A stretch of 59,022 nucleotides of DNA from a virus (lineage: Duplodnaviria; Caudoviricetes): positions 1 through 59,022 of IMG/VR virus record IMGVR_UViG_3300050505_000109; one strand, 5' to 3'. The notes beneath the pieces were generated by a model that was given only the letters and a program-made list of their open reading frames with translations, ran no database searches and was not told the origin of the DNA. The position numbers and the translations under genes were made by a program. This document shows, piece after piece, positions 19,819 through 29,821 of the stretch. Each line of letters starts with the position of its first letter. The first letter of the stretch is position 1.

Positions 19819-20904
19819 ATGGCGAATATGCGCGGTTCCGGTCTCCTGCTGAGCCTTGGGTCTCTCGCGACGAACCTGGAGAGCTTCCCGGCGGGCCAAG
19901 CCCGTATCCTTCCGGCGGGCCAGCTCCTCGTCAACGTCGGGCTCTACAGCACCATTGAAGTGTGGGACCCGGTCCTGGCGAATTGGCGCATCTTGCCTCG
20001 CGCCACCGACGGCTGGGCTTTTGTCGACAGCGACGGGACCAATTGGCGAATCGCCAATCGGTCTGGCTGCGCTGTCGGCGCCATCGTGACTACAGCTGGC
20101 ACGGCCTACACTTCCAGCCCGACGATCACTCCATCGGCGGGCGGCTCGAAGTGGACTGCAATCATCGGCGGGCGCGTGGCGACCTCCCCGACGATTACCA
20201 CTGCCGGCGCCGGCTACACCTACCCGCCCCATCTCATTGTGTCGGCGCCACCGTCTCCTGGTATCCAGGCGACGATGACTTGCACGCTCTCTGCCGGCGC
20301 AGTCAACGCCGTCACCGTCACCAACCAGGGCGGCGGTTATACGACGGCGCCGACGGTCACAGTCGTTCCTGACCCGCGTGACACTCTCGCCAACATCACC
20401 TCGAACGCAGTCATCACTGCTGCTCTCACCGGCGCGGGGACGATCTCCGGCGTCCTTTGCACCGATTTCGGCACTCCTGTCACGGCGGTCCCAACCTTCA
20501 CAATCAGCGGCGGCGGCGGCTCCTCCCTTGCTATTACCGCCCTCATGTCGTTCTCAGCAACTGGCTACACTGTCAGCAATGGCGGCAGCTTCCACACTGG
20601 GACTATCATTATCAGTGGCAGTGGTATGGTCGACACTTCTGTCACGCCTGCGAATACCAATCCAGCAATCGAAAAGGGCATTATCATCCCCAGAGCGGCG
20701 AAGCTTACTCCAGCTCTCAGCGGTAACGCCATTGTCGCTTCAGCGTCAACAGCCCCTCTCACTGTGGAAGATTGGGGCTACGGCTTTCAGCTGATCCCAG
20801 CGGCAATCCCAATCGACGGAACCGGCCTCGCCACCACCGCCGTCACCACCCTCGCCTTCACCGTCGGCGGCCAGACCGACACAATCGTCATTCAGCCTCT
20901 CTAG
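19819..20904 (+). CDS. Virion structural protein with GxGY beta repeats
   Basis: AAGGAG SD; directly after MCP; TAGTAY, TAGAGY and NQGGGY repeats. Confidence 0.75.
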   Translation: MANMRGSGLLLSLGSLATNLESFPAGQARILPAGQLLVNVGLYSTIEVWDPVLANWRILPRATDGWAFVDSDGTNWRIANRSGCAVGAIVTTAGTAYTSSPTITPSAGGSKWTAIIGGRVATSPTITTAGAGYTYPPHLIVSAPPSPGIQATMTCTLSAGAVNAVTVTNQGGGYTTAPTVTVVPDPRDTLANITSNAVITAALTGAGTISGVLCTDFGTPVTAVPTFTISGGGGSSLAITALMSFSATGYTVSNGGSFHTGTIIISGSGMVDTSVTPANTNPAIEKGIIIPRAAKLTPALSGNAIVASASTAPLTVEDWGYGFQLIPAAIPIDGTGLATTAVTTLAFTVGGQTDTIVIQPL

Positions 20905-20929
20905 ACGGCTGCCTGTATGAGGACTTCGG

Positions 20930-21673
20930 ATGGCGCTCAACGCCTATATAAGCGCTGTCCGAATTCTCCTACATGACACCCTCGGGCAATTCTACTCCGA
21001 CGCCACCTTAACCGGCTTCATCAACGAAGCTCGTCAACAGGTCGCGCTCGAAGGTGAGTGCATCACTGGCATCGGCACGCTCAACACCGTCCCTGCTCAG
21101 CAGCTCTACCAAAATCTCTTGGTGGCGGTGCCTTCTGTCCCAGCAGGCATCTCGCAGCTCATCACGCCCCGGTCGATCTCATTCCCTCTTGGCTCCAATC
21201 CCAACGGCGGGCTCCTCACTTTGGAGAACCGCAATTGGGATTGGTTCAACTTCTATTGGCTTGGCTTTGCTGCGCCACCGCCGGGTCCGCCAGCAACCTG
21301 GGCTCCCCGCGTCATCGGCCAAGGCGGCAGCTTCTATATCGGCCCAGCCCCTGATCTCACCATCTACACCCTCCAGATCGACGGCGTTTGGTCCCCAGTC
21401 TCCCTTACCAGCGACTCCACTCCCGAAGCTATTGTCTATCCTTGGATCGACGCGGTTCAGTTCTACGCGGCGTTCAAGGCTTTCATGGACTCACAGAGAA
21501 AGTCTGACGCCGCCGACGTGTTCACAGTTTACGAGAACACAATGCAGAGGGCGCGGGCAATCGTCACTCCGCTGAGAGAAGAGAAGACTTTCCCCGGCGG
21601 ACTTGCTGCCAGAACACCTCCAGGCATGGCTCCTCCGACGCTGCCTTCGGGTAGGCGAGGGCCGCAGCAATGA
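20930..21673 (+). CDS. Head-tail adaptor (paralog 1)
   Basis: L..YI..VR.LL.D...INEAR..VA..GEC; FYIGP.P; YPW.DAV. Confidence 0.75.
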   Translation: MALNAYISAVRILLHDTLGQFYSDATLTGFINEARQQVALEGECITGIGTLNTVPAQQLYQNLLVAVPSVPAGISQLITPRSISFPLGSNPNGGLLTLENRNWDWFNFYWLGFAAPPPGPPATWAPRVIGQGGSFYIGPAPDLTIYTLQIDGVWSPVSLTSDSTPEAIVYPWIDAVQFYAAFKAFMDSQRKSDAADVFTVYENTMQRARAIVTPLREEKTFPGGLAARTPPGMAPPTLPSGRRGPQQ

Positions 21674-22590
21674 TGCTCTCTGAATATATGCAACGCCTGC
21701 AACGCATCCTCGGCGATGCCACCTTCCAGAGGTTTAATCCTTATGACTTACTGGACTATATCAACGAAGCTCGAAGCTATGTTGCGGCTCAGGGTGAGTG
21801 TGTGCGAGTTCTCTGCCCTAGTGTAGCAGGGGTTAGTTCAATCGCCGTGACAGCTGGAGGCTCTGGCTACACGACGGCGCCGACGGTTACGATCTCTCCT
21901 CCTCCACTCGGCACTGCTGCTACCGCTACTGCAAGCATCTCCGGCGGCGCCGTCGTCGTCATCACTATCTCAAATCCTGGCGATGGCTATACTGATGTGC
22001 CGAGTGTGACCTTCTCCGGTGGCGGAGGCTCTAGCGCCACTGCGGCAGCCACTCTCCTCCCCTTCGCTCATACCAACGCCGGCCAAGAGGTCTACAAATT
22101 CGCCGACTTCAACCCTCTCATTCAGAGTTCTCTGGTCACTCCCGGCGCTGAACAAATCATTGCGGTCAACTCAATCGCGATCTCTTGGGGCTCGATGAAG
22201 CCGACCCTCCGTTATCGAGCCTGGGGTGAGTTCCAAGCCTACTATCGGGCCTACAACGTAGCGGCGCAGGGCTTCTCCCGGGTCTGGTCCCAACATCAAC
22301 GCGGCGTCGGCGGCTCATTCTATCTCTGGCCGATCCCCTCTCAGCTTGCTCAGATGGACCTCGACTGCATTTGTCTGCCAGCCCCTCTCGGCTTTGAGAC
22401 GAACAGCGATGTAGATGCGATCACCTATCCTTGGACGAATGCGGTGCCTTATAAGGCCGCTGAGGTCGCTGTGCTAGGCGAGCCTGATCTCAGAGACATG
22501 GCCGAACGGTTCACTGCTCACTATGATCGCCGGATGGCCTTCGCGGCAATGGCTGGGTCTCAGACCCGGATTCCAGACCTCTACGCTTGA
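21670..22590 (+). CDS. Head-tail adaptor (paralog 2) with inserted GxGY module
   Basis: Same INEAR..VA..GEC, FYLWP.P and YPW.NAV motifs, plus an insertion of about 80 aa. Confidence 0.75.
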   Translation: MMLSEYMQRLQRILGDATFQRFNPYDLLDYINEARSYVAAQGECVRVLCPSVAGVSSIAVTAGGSGYTTAPTVTISPPPLGTAATATASISGGAVVVITISNPGDGYTDVPSVTFSGGGGSSATAAATLLPFAHTNAGQEVYKFADFNPLIQSSLVTPGAEQIIAVNSIAISWGSMKPTLRYRAWGEFQAYYRAYNVAAQGFSRVWSQHQRGVGGSFYLWPIPSQLAQMDLDCICLPAPLGFETNSDVDAITYPWTNAVPYKAAEVAVLGEPDLRDMAERFTAHYDRRMAFAAMAGSQTRIPDLYA

Positions 22591-24851
22591 GAGCCCTAAT
22601 GGCTCAAGCCCAACGTCAGCAGGAAGGTAGTCAGGGCTCCGCTGAAGGCATCCCGCCTGCCCTTCGCCGCTATAGTCCATTCCCCTTCAAAGGAATGGAT
22701 GTTAAAGCTGCTGTTACTGCTATCGACGATGAGAGCTTCGTCTGGCTCGAAAATGTCATCCAGATCGGGCCGGGGCAGATAGCCTTCCTCGACAGCAATA
22801 CGCCGACACCGCTCTACACTGCGCCCGGCGGCCTCACTATCGTCTCATTCTATTTCTTCTATCTCTTGCCTGAGCCTAGCGCTCAGATGATTGCCTTTCT
22901 GTCGAATGGGGCAGCTGACATTGTTCGAGTGAATGATGGCACAATCATGAGTCTGGCGATCTTCTTCGACTTGACGACGCCGCCGGTCGCTGCTCAATGG
23001 GCTGAGCAATATCTCCTGATTGGGGATTCTCTCCGTTATTATATTTGGGATGGAGCTTCATTCTTCGCGCCGGGCACTTTGGCGCCACAGGTCCTCATCA
23101 CGAATGGAGGGCTGAGCTATGCGACGCCGCCGACGATCACAATCCAGGGCGGCTCCGGGATCAATGCGACAGCCACCGCCACGATCTCAAATGGGCAAGT
23201 CGTCGACATCAAGATCACGAATCCTGGCTCTGGCTACTTGCCGAGCGAGCAGGGCTACTTGAATGCTATCTTCACCGGCGGTGGTCTCACGAACAAGTCT
23301 GCTCAAGCAACCGCTACAATCGGGGGCGGCGGCGTCCTCTCAATCCAGGTGATCGACGGCGGCACTGGCTACACCACCCAGCCTACTGTCACACTCGCCG
23401 GCGGTGGTGCAGGTACTCAGGGCACCGCTGTAGCTCTAGGCCAAGCCAACTCAATTACCAGTGTCCTTGTCGTCACTCCCGGTGTCGGCTATTCCTCTAG
23501 CCCGACGGTTACATTCTCAGCGCCCGCCGGCGGCGGCAACACTGCAACCGCCCACGCTACAGTCGGCTACAACGGCATCCTCTCTATCACTGTAACCGAC
23601 GGCGGCTCTGGCTATGTGACGACGCCGACGGTCGTCATTACTGATCCGACAGGATCGGGTAGTGGCGCAACTGCTGTTGCCAACATGAGTGGGGCCGCTG
23701 TCGGCACCGTGACTGTACTCAACCCTGGCCAGAACTATGAGGCCGTCGTTGTTCGCTTCGTCGGCGGGAATCCTGGAGTCGCAGCAGCCACTCTCCAACT
23801 TATGCCCGCCGGCGGCAAGAGCCCGATCTCCGCCGTATCAATCGAGGTCTTCAAGAACCGTGTCTGGCTGGTCAACAATTCATTCCGCTATACCAGCGCT
23901 CCTGGTTCTGTCTCCGACTTCGCCGCCACCGACGGCGGCATCATCTCTCAGAACACCGACAGCTTCCTCACTGTCGCCCTCCGTGGCCTTAGACAAGCCA
24001 ACGGCTTCCTCTACGAGTGGGGTGACTCGTCCATCAATGCAATTAGCAACCCCATTACAACTGTCACCGGCAACCTCGCCTCTACCACCGTCACGATCAC
24101 CAACATCGACCCACAGATCGGGACGCTCTATCCAGGCACAATTCAGCCCTTCGGGGAGGCAATCGTCTTTGCGAATCCTCTAGGCGTCTACGAGCTATTC
24201 GGCAGCAGCGTCAAGAAGATCAGCACCAAGCTGGACAAGCTCTTCGCTCAGACCCTCGCCCAAGTAAATTCTAATCCGTCGGCCGCCATCGTCATCATCA
24301 ATGACATCAAGTTCTACGCTTTGGACTTTCTAGTCTATGATCCAATCCAACGCATCAATCGGCAGCTCATTCTGCTCTGGGATGGCTTCGAGTGGTATGT
24401 AGCAACTCAGGTCTCTAATATCATCGCGCTTCAGACCCTCAGCCTTACTGGGAGCAACTACGCTGCTTATGGCAGCGACGGCACACACATCTACCAGTGC
24501 TTCACAACTCCGTCGGGCGCTCTCCCCAAGAAGATCATCTCGAAATACTATGGGATGGATGCGCCTGAGTGGATCAAGCAATCCCTTAGGTTCTATCTAG
24601 GAGCCGAAACTCCAGTCAACTACGTCGTCACGATTCATTCGGAAAATGGGGAAGAGGTTCTGCCGACTACAGTCTTTCCTGGTCCAGCAGGCCCTAGCTC
24701 TCCTGGTCCCTATGGGACTCAGACGAACATCGAAGGGCAAGATGTTGAAGCTTACGGAAAGCTTCTGGGGTGGACGATTACATCTAGTGATGCAGTGGCG
24801 ACGATCAATTACATGGGGCTTGCTTACAGGCACTATGCGCCATATTATTGA
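22587..24851 (+). CDS. Tail nozzle / DNA-stabilisation protein (P22 gp10 / T7 gp12-like) with six GxGY repeats inserted
   Basis: N-terminal FKGMD...WLENV; beta-propeller-like segments ([25 protein letters not shown]); position after the adaptors. Confidence 0.7.
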   Translation: MRALMAQAQRQQEGSQGSAEGIPPALRRYSPFPFKGMDVKAAVTAIDDESFVWLENVIQIGPGQIAFLDSNTPTPLYTAPGGLTIVSFYFFYLLPEPSAQMIAFLSNGAADIVRVNDGTIMSLAIFFDLTTPPVAAQWAEQYLLIGDSLRYYIWDGASFFAPGTLAPQVLITNGGLSYATPPTITIQGGSGINATATATISNGQVVDIKITNPGSGYLPSEQGYLNAIFTGGGLTNKSAQATATIGGGGVLSIQVIDGGTGYTTQPTVTLAGGGAGTQGTAVALGQANSITSVLVVTPGVGYSSSPTVTFSAPAGGGNTATAHATVGYNGILSITVTDGGSGYVTTPTVVITDPTGSGSGATAVANMSGAAVGTVTVLNPGQNYEAVVVRFVGGNPGVAAATLQLMPAGGKSPISAVSIEVFKNRVWLVNNSFRYTSAPGSVSDFAATDGGIISQNTDSFLTVALRGLRQANGFLYEWGDSSINAISNPITTVTGNLASTTVTITNIDPQIGTLYPGTIQPFGEAIVFANPLGVYELFGSSVKKISTKLDKLFAQTLAQVNSNPSAAIVIINDIKFYALDFLVYDPIQRINRQLILLWDGFEWYVATQVSNIIALQTLSLTGSNYAAYGSDGTHIYQCFTTPSGALPKKIISKYYGMDAPEWIKQSLRFYLGAETPVNYVVTIHSENGEEVLPTTVFPGPAGPSSPGPYGTQTNIEGQDVEAYGKLLGWTITSSDAVATINYMGLAYRHYAPYY

Positions 24852-24857
24852 GGCACC

Positions 24858-25079
24858 ATGTCTCTTGACGCCGCCGAGGTGCGCCGACGCCTCGATGCCG
24901 CCGGGTATGATGTTGCCCGGATCGAGGGCCTAGGCGAGACGCTTGGGCTTGATTTGTTTGGCTTTTTGGCAGCATGGGCTCCGATCCTAATCGAAGAGCA
25001 GGCTGCTCAACCCCAGCCTCCACCGCCGCAAGCGGCGTGGTGGCGCAGATTGTGGAGATGGATGCGTGAACAGCCATAG
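24858..25079 (+). CDS. hypothetical protein
   Basis: 73 aa; GAGG SD. Confidence 0.6.
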   Translation: MSLDAAEVRRRLDAAGYDVARIEGLGETLGLDLFGFLAAWAPILIEEQAAQPQPPPPQAAWWRRLWRWMREQP

Positions 25080-25287
25080 AGGCGGCCGAGCATGGCCGAC
25101 GGAGACTGCCGGCGACACTCACAACGTCACCGTCAACGGCACAATGCGAAGCACTGGCGACCAGCCTGAATACTCCAACGGCTACATGCCGAAGGGTCAG
25201 GCCGGGACCGGCGCCACTTCAGCCTCCTTCCGCCCCGGCAGCGCCCGCACCAATCGCACCGGCGAAGGCGGCGGTGGAGGCTATTAA
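25066..25287 (+). CDS. Gly-rich hypothetical protein
   Basis: 73 aa; GGAG upstream of GTG. Confidence 0.5.
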   Translation: MNSHRGGRAWPTETAGDTHNVTVNGTMRSTGDQPEYSNGYMPKGQAGTGATSASFRPGSARTNRTGEGGGGGY

Positions 25288-25293
25288 CTCAGT

Positions 25294-25369
25294 GCTGGTA
25301 TAGCTCAGTGGCAGAGCAGTTGCCTTGTAAGCTTCAGGTCGCCGGTTCGATTCCGGGCTGCCAGCACCA
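25294..25369 (+). tRNA. tRNA-Thr(UGU), structurally atypical
   Basis: Acceptor GCTGGTA/TGCCAGC, D arm GCTC/GAGC, loop CTTGTAA (TGT at 25326-25328), GGTTCGATTCC, encoded CCA; two U-U mismatches in the anticodon stem and an extra G in the T stem. Confidence 0.85.
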
Positions 25370-25386
25370 CTACTGAGGAAGGTTCT

Positions 25387-25722
25387 GTGCCCCTCGCTCT
25401 CATCACCACTCCCCGCTACACGGCTGAGGCCATCGCTGCCTACAGCTTTGCCCATGCCAGGGACCATGATGAGATCGACGCTGCACTCCTCCGCCGAGGC
25501 GTCAGCACTCCCACTGTCCCGCTCGACCCAATGCCGCCTCTCGATGCAGCCACTGGCTGGCTCCTTCTCCACCAAGAGAAACACAACGCCATGAATGCCG
25601 CTCTCGGTCTCGACAACACTGATATGACCGCCTTCGATCTCAGCACGGAGGCTGGCTTTGCTGCGTTCGCCGGGGAGAACTTCGCTGACCACGACTCTGT
25701 CCACCAGCAGCTGAGAATCTAA
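25387..25722 (+). CDS. His-rich hypothetical virion-module protein
   Basis: H.RDH, H.EKH and DH..H repeats; GAGGAAGG SD. Confidence 0.7.
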   Translation: MPLALITTPRYTAEAIAAYSFAHARDHDEIDAALLRRGVSTPTVPLDPMPPLDAATGWLLLHQEKHNAMNAALGLDNTDMTAFDLSTEAGFAAFAGENFADHDSVHQQLRI

Positions 25723-26171
25723 TGCGCCTGACCGCTCTTCATCCTGCGCCGCCGGAGTTGATCCCAGCTCTCATTGCTGCGATGTCATCAGCCGACCGGA
25801 CTGAGCTGATCGCACTCTCTCAAGGCGCCACAACCGCCACGATCCAGCTTGCTCTCGACCGCTCCAGCTATAGCTTCTGCTGGACACTCGCCGGCCAGCC
25901 CGCCGCTATTGGCGGCGTCGTCGCCGGCGATCCGAACTTCATCTGGATGATCGCCTCCACTCCACGGCTCGAACACTCGAAGAAGTCCTTCCTCCAGCTC
26001 AGCCGGGCAGAACTCCGACAAGTCTTGGCGCTCTATCCGCACATCGTCTCTGCTGTCGACAACCGCTGGCGAAAGTCAATCCGGTGGCTGAAGTGGCTCG
26101 GCTTCCGTGACACTGGAAAAGAGGTCAAGCTGGGCGGGCGCGGGGCGGCAGTCCTGGAGATTGGGCCATGA
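25722..26171 (+). CDS. T7 gp13-like / DUF2833 GNAT-fold protein
   Basis: M..ADR.EL; IWMIAS; VDNRWRKSIRWLKWLGF. Confidence 0.8.
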   Translation: MRLTALHPAPPELIPALIAAMSSADRTELIALSQGATTATIQLALDRSSYSFCWTLAGQPAAIGGVVAGDPNFIWMIASTPRLEHSKKSFLQLSRAELRQVLALYPHIVSAVDNRWRKSIRWLKWLGFRDTGKEVKLGGRGAAVLEIGP

Positions 26172-27535
26172 CGACTGAAATCTGGTTGTGGTGGTTGATG
26201 GGACTTCTCGCAACCGTCGGTGTAGCTCGCCCGACGTGGCCGAAGGCCACGGTGCATGACCCGATCAGTGCGCTTATCAGTGGAGTGATCGACCTATTTG
26301 CTGGTGGTGGAGGACTGCTCGGTGGGCTGTTTGGTGGAGCTGAGGCGGCGGGGGCAGGAGCAGCGGCTGGGGCGGATGCCTTTGCGGCGGGAACTGGGGC
26401 GCTTGATGCGCTGACGGCTTCACTGCCGGCGGCGGGAGGGGCGGCTGGAGGAACTGCCCTTGCTGCTGATGCAGCGCTGCCTGCTCTAGCTTCGACGGCG
26501 GCGGCAACCGACTTGGGTGGAGGGGCGCTCGCTGCGGACGTAGGACTTGCCGGCGCGGCTGGTGGTGGGGCGGCTGATGTGCTTGGGGCACTTGGGCCAG
26601 GAGTCGGCGATCTCGCTGCTGGAGGTGGTGCAGGGCTCGACTTTGGTGGAGGCGGTGTCGGTGCTGGGCTCACGACTGCAACGCCGGGCTCGACAGCACT
26701 GACCAGTGTCGCACCGCTCGGCGCTGCAACGACGCCAGCTGCTGCGGCTCCGCCCGCTGAGTTCCTGGCTGCTAGCTCCCTTGACCCTACCGCTGGGGCT
26801 GCTGGCGGCACAGCTGCGGCGACACCCTCTCTTAGTGGTCCTGTCGCCAGTAACTTCGATCCCTACCTCGGGATGAATGTCACGCCGGGCGAGAATCTCG
26901 GTGGCGCAAGCGCCACCAGTGGTGGGGCTGCTGCCGCAGGCGGTCGGGGCATCCTCGACAAAGTGCTGCCCGCCGGTGTCAGCAGCTTCATCAAGGACAA
27001 CAAAGACCTCTTGACCCTTGGCGCTGCTGGTCTCCCCCTCGCAGCAATGCTTTTCCAGGGCACTCCCTCAATTCCTGGCCTCAAGGCCGCTAAGGGCACT
27101 GCCGCCGACCTGACACAGCAGGGCCGCAATCTCTCAGCTGAGAGCCAAGCCCTCACTGGAGAGGCCCTCTCCGGCGCTCTTCCTCCAGGTTATGAGGCGG
27201 CGATTGAGCAGGCCAAGAACGCTGCCACCACACGGATCAGCAATCAATATGGTGCGCTCAACCTCTCTGGCAGCACCTCTGAAGCAGTCGACAAAGCGAA
27301 CGTGGCGGCGTCGGTCGATGCCCAGCGTGCGACGATCCTGAATGACTTCCTCACGAAAGGACTTACAGCAGCGGGAGCGGCGACTGGAGCGACTAGTGCT
27401 GCGGGCAACCAGGACCTCGAACTTGCTCGGATTCAGATTGCACAAGACCAGGAGCTTCAGAAGGCTCTCCAGTCTCTGGCGTCGAACCTTGTGCTGGCCT
27501 CGATCCCCGCTCGCGCAGTCACGGCTACAGTGTAG
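26168..27535 (+). CDS. Internal virion (ejection) protein, Gly/Ala-rich
   Basis: Follows the gp13-like gene; hydrophobic Gly/Ala segments; helical C-terminus. Confidence 0.7.
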   Translation: MTTEIWLWWLMGLLATVGVARPTWPKATVHDPISALISGVIDLFAGGGGLLGGLFGGAEAAGAGAAAGADAFAAGTGALDALTASLPAAGGAAGGTALAADAALPALASTAAATDLGGGALAADVGLAGAAGGGAADVLGALGPGVGDLAAGGGAGLDFGGGGVGAGLTTATPGSTALTSVAPLGAATTPAAAAPPAEFLAASSLDPTAGAAGGTAAATPSLSGPVASNFDPYLGMNVTPGENLGGASATSGGAAAAGGRGILDKVLPAGVSSFIKDNKDLLTLGAAGLPLAAMLFQGTPSIPGLKAAKGTAADLTQQGRNLSAESQALTGEALSGALPPGYEAAIEQAKNAATTRISNQYGALNLSGSTSEAVDKANVAASVDAQRATILNDFLTKGLTAAGAATGATSAAGNQDLELARIQIAQDQELQKALQSLASNLVLASIPARAVTATV

Positions 27536-27544
27536 GCTGCTGTC

Positions 27545-29821
27545 ATGGCTGCTGCTGACGACGCCTTGCAATACATCGAGCCGCCGGGGAAGCTTTCAGC
27601 TTCGGCAGAGCCAGCAACTACAGCGCTGATGGCTGTACCCCCAGCTCCAACACTGAAGAGTGGGCTCGTAGCACCGAAAGCACCTGACACTCCCATTGTT
27701 GGAGAGCCGACACCACTTGCGCCGTCGATCACTTCTACACCCGGCGGCACAAATGGAATTGTCCCTATCGGTGCAGCCGACGAGGCGAATAAGGAGGCTC
27801 ACCTCAATATCGCTGGGCCAGTGACGCCGGCGCTCGTTGTTCAAGCCGGGTTACCTCAGCAAGAAGCCGCTGACTGGGCCTCCCTGGCGAATTGGATGAC
27901 CGCCGGCGAGGCACATGACTTCGGTCAGCTCTATGGCACTGAGAAGTTCAGCGACTTCTCTGCTCACCCTGCCGACAAAGGCTGGAGCGGCGGCATTGGA
28001 CCTGACGGCCGCCCCACTCATGCCGCTGGGCTCTTCCAGGATGAACCGAAGACTTGGCATGACATCCAGCAAAAGTATGGTTTGAGAGACTTTGGCGCCA
28101 CTTCTCAGGTCAGCGGGAATCTCCGCTACGCTGCCGACCTCTACCAGCAGAGGACTGGCCGCAGCCTGTTGGCTGACTTCAAAGCCGGCAACACTGCTTC
28201 AATCGCCAGCACGCTGTCCGATCAGTGGCCCAGTCTCGGTGGCGGTGGTGGAGGAGCCACCGATAGCAGTGATCCGGCCTTTCAGAAGTATCGACAGGTT
28301 CAGCAGGCCGGGATTGATCGGCTGAGCCAGCGGATCGACCGACTGGCTGAAGAGGCGTCGAGAGACCCGCCGGGCTCTGCTGAACGACATGAAAAGCTTC
28401 GCCGGATGATGGAGCACTCCGAGGAGCTTCAGCGCCGGTATGAGAAGCTCAGTGAAGCGCCGCCGAAGCCGATGTCGCCCTTTGAGGCCGCCGGCGACCT
28501 GACTCCTCTCCTCATCGGCCTAGTGACACTCGCTGGCACCTTCACTCGTCAGCCTGCTCTCGGCGCCATGAATGCCCTCGGCTCTGCTCTAGGAGCCCTC
28601 AAGCAGGGCAACGACGAAGGCTACAAGCGCGCCGTTGATCTCTGGTCCAAGCAAGTCGATCATGCTTCTAAAGCCTTCGGGATGCAGAATGATGAAGTCG
28701 ACATGCTCATGCGGGATCAGCAGCTCAGTGAGCGAGAGCGGCAGGATAAGCTCCAGAACGCTTTCAGGGTTCTTGGGTTAGAGAAAGACCTTGAACTCAC
28801 CAAGAGTAATATGTGGGAGACGATCTATAAGCGGCAGGATGATCGCAGGAAGCTCGCAGCTGATCTTGAGGAGAAGGCTGCGCTAACGAAGGAGCATCTT
28901 GCTAGAGCAAGTCAGCTGAGGGCTGGCGGCAAGACTCGTGGGGCTCATGGTCGAGTTGGGACAGAGCAGGGCTTTATCGACGACGCTCTGAAAGCAGAAG
29001 CGGATAAGAGACAGGTTCCTGTGGAAGAGCTGCCGGCAAAAGTTCGACGGGACATTACACAAAAGGCGCACCAGGATTGGGCGCAGGCGGGGCAGACTGG
29101 ACGGACAGCAGGGAGTGCCGTCGGTCAAGCTCGTCACGACATTGAGAGGCTCTTTGAGGCCCAGAACACTGCTGCTGGGAAGCCTGCCGAGCTAACTCCT
29201 GAACAGAAGGTCCAAGTCGACCAGCAAGCTGCCACCTTCAATCATCGAGCAGGGATGACTGGCAACCGCGCTATCGACATCCAGGCTCAGACCGACCAGC
29301 TCGGCTACAGCCTTCAGACCATCAACGATACGTTCAAGCTGATGGACCGCTATGGGATGATTGCTGGTATCGGCGGCACTTTGTTGAGGCCGGCGGAGGC
29401 CGTCGGGAACGTGCTCGGCGCTTATGGTGACACAGCTCGGGGTGAATTCCAGAGCCACATTGAATATCTCAGGATGACTGGTGCCCGCCTTCTCGCTAAT
29501 ACCTCTGGGCGACCTCTGTCAGGTGAGGAGAAACGCATCGACACGATCATCCGAGGGCTCAATCTTGGCGACACGACGGCTCGAACCTATGAGTCCCTCA
29601 ATGAACTTCAACAGATTTACACCGATATGAGGAGGCAGAAGCTCAGTCAACTGGAAGGGACATGGAAGCCGATTGCAGTGCCGGAGGCTCCAGGGACTCA
29701 TAGCCCCTATGTACCAGGGGCAGCACCGGCTGTCGGTGGAGGTGGGGCTGCAACTCCTCCGCCGGCGCCGGTAGGCGCCGTGGCGGCTCCTGGCTTTGAT
29801 GCTTATCCAGAGGCTAGGTAA
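27545..29821 (+). CDS. Ejection protein with lambda-R-type lytic transglycosylase domain
   Basis: GEA..FGQLYG..KFSDFSAHP...HAAGLFQ...TW..IQQKYGLRDF..SQ...QWPSLGG matches the lambda lysozyme pattern. Confidence 0.82.
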   Translation: MAAADDALQYIEPPGKLSASAEPATTALMAVPPAPTLKSGLVAPKAPDTPIVGEPTPLAPSITSTPGGTNGIVPIGAADEANKEAHLNIAGPVTPALVVQAGLPQQEAADWASLANWMTAGEAHDFGQLYGTEKFSDFSAHPADKGWSGGIGPDGRPTHAAGLFQDEPKTWHDIQQKYGLRDFGATSQVSGNLRYAADLYQQRTGRSLLADFKAGNTASIASTLSDQWPSLGGGGGGATDSSDPAFQKYRQVQQAGIDRLSQRIDRLAEEASRDPPGSAERHEKLRRMMEHSEELQRRYEKLSEAPPKPMSPFEAAGDLTPLLIGLVTLAGTFTRQPALGAMNALGSALGALKQGNDEGYKRAVDLWSKQVDHASKAFGMQNDEVDMLMRDQQLSERERQDKLQNAFRVLGLEKDLELTKSNMWETIYKRQDDRRKLAADLEEKAALTKEHLARASQLRAGGKTRGAHGRVGTEQGFIDDALKAEADKRQVPVEELPAKVRRDITQKAHQDWAQAGQTGRTAGSAVGQARHDIERLFEAQNTAAGKPAELTPEQKVQVDQQAATFNHRAGMTGNRAIDIQAQTDQLGYSLQTINDTFKLMDRYGMIAGIGGTLLRPAEAVGNVLGAYGDTARGEFQSHIEYLRMTGARLLANTSGRPLSGEEKRIDTIIRGLNLGDTTARTYESLNELQQIYTDMRRQKLSQLEGTWKPIAVPEAPGTHSPYVPGAAPAVGGGGAATPPPAPVGAVAAPGFDAYPEAR

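Noticed and set aside
25294-25369. tRNA as attP or prophage boundary
   Set aside because: No integrase, no duplicated tRNA 3' end and no flanking host genes
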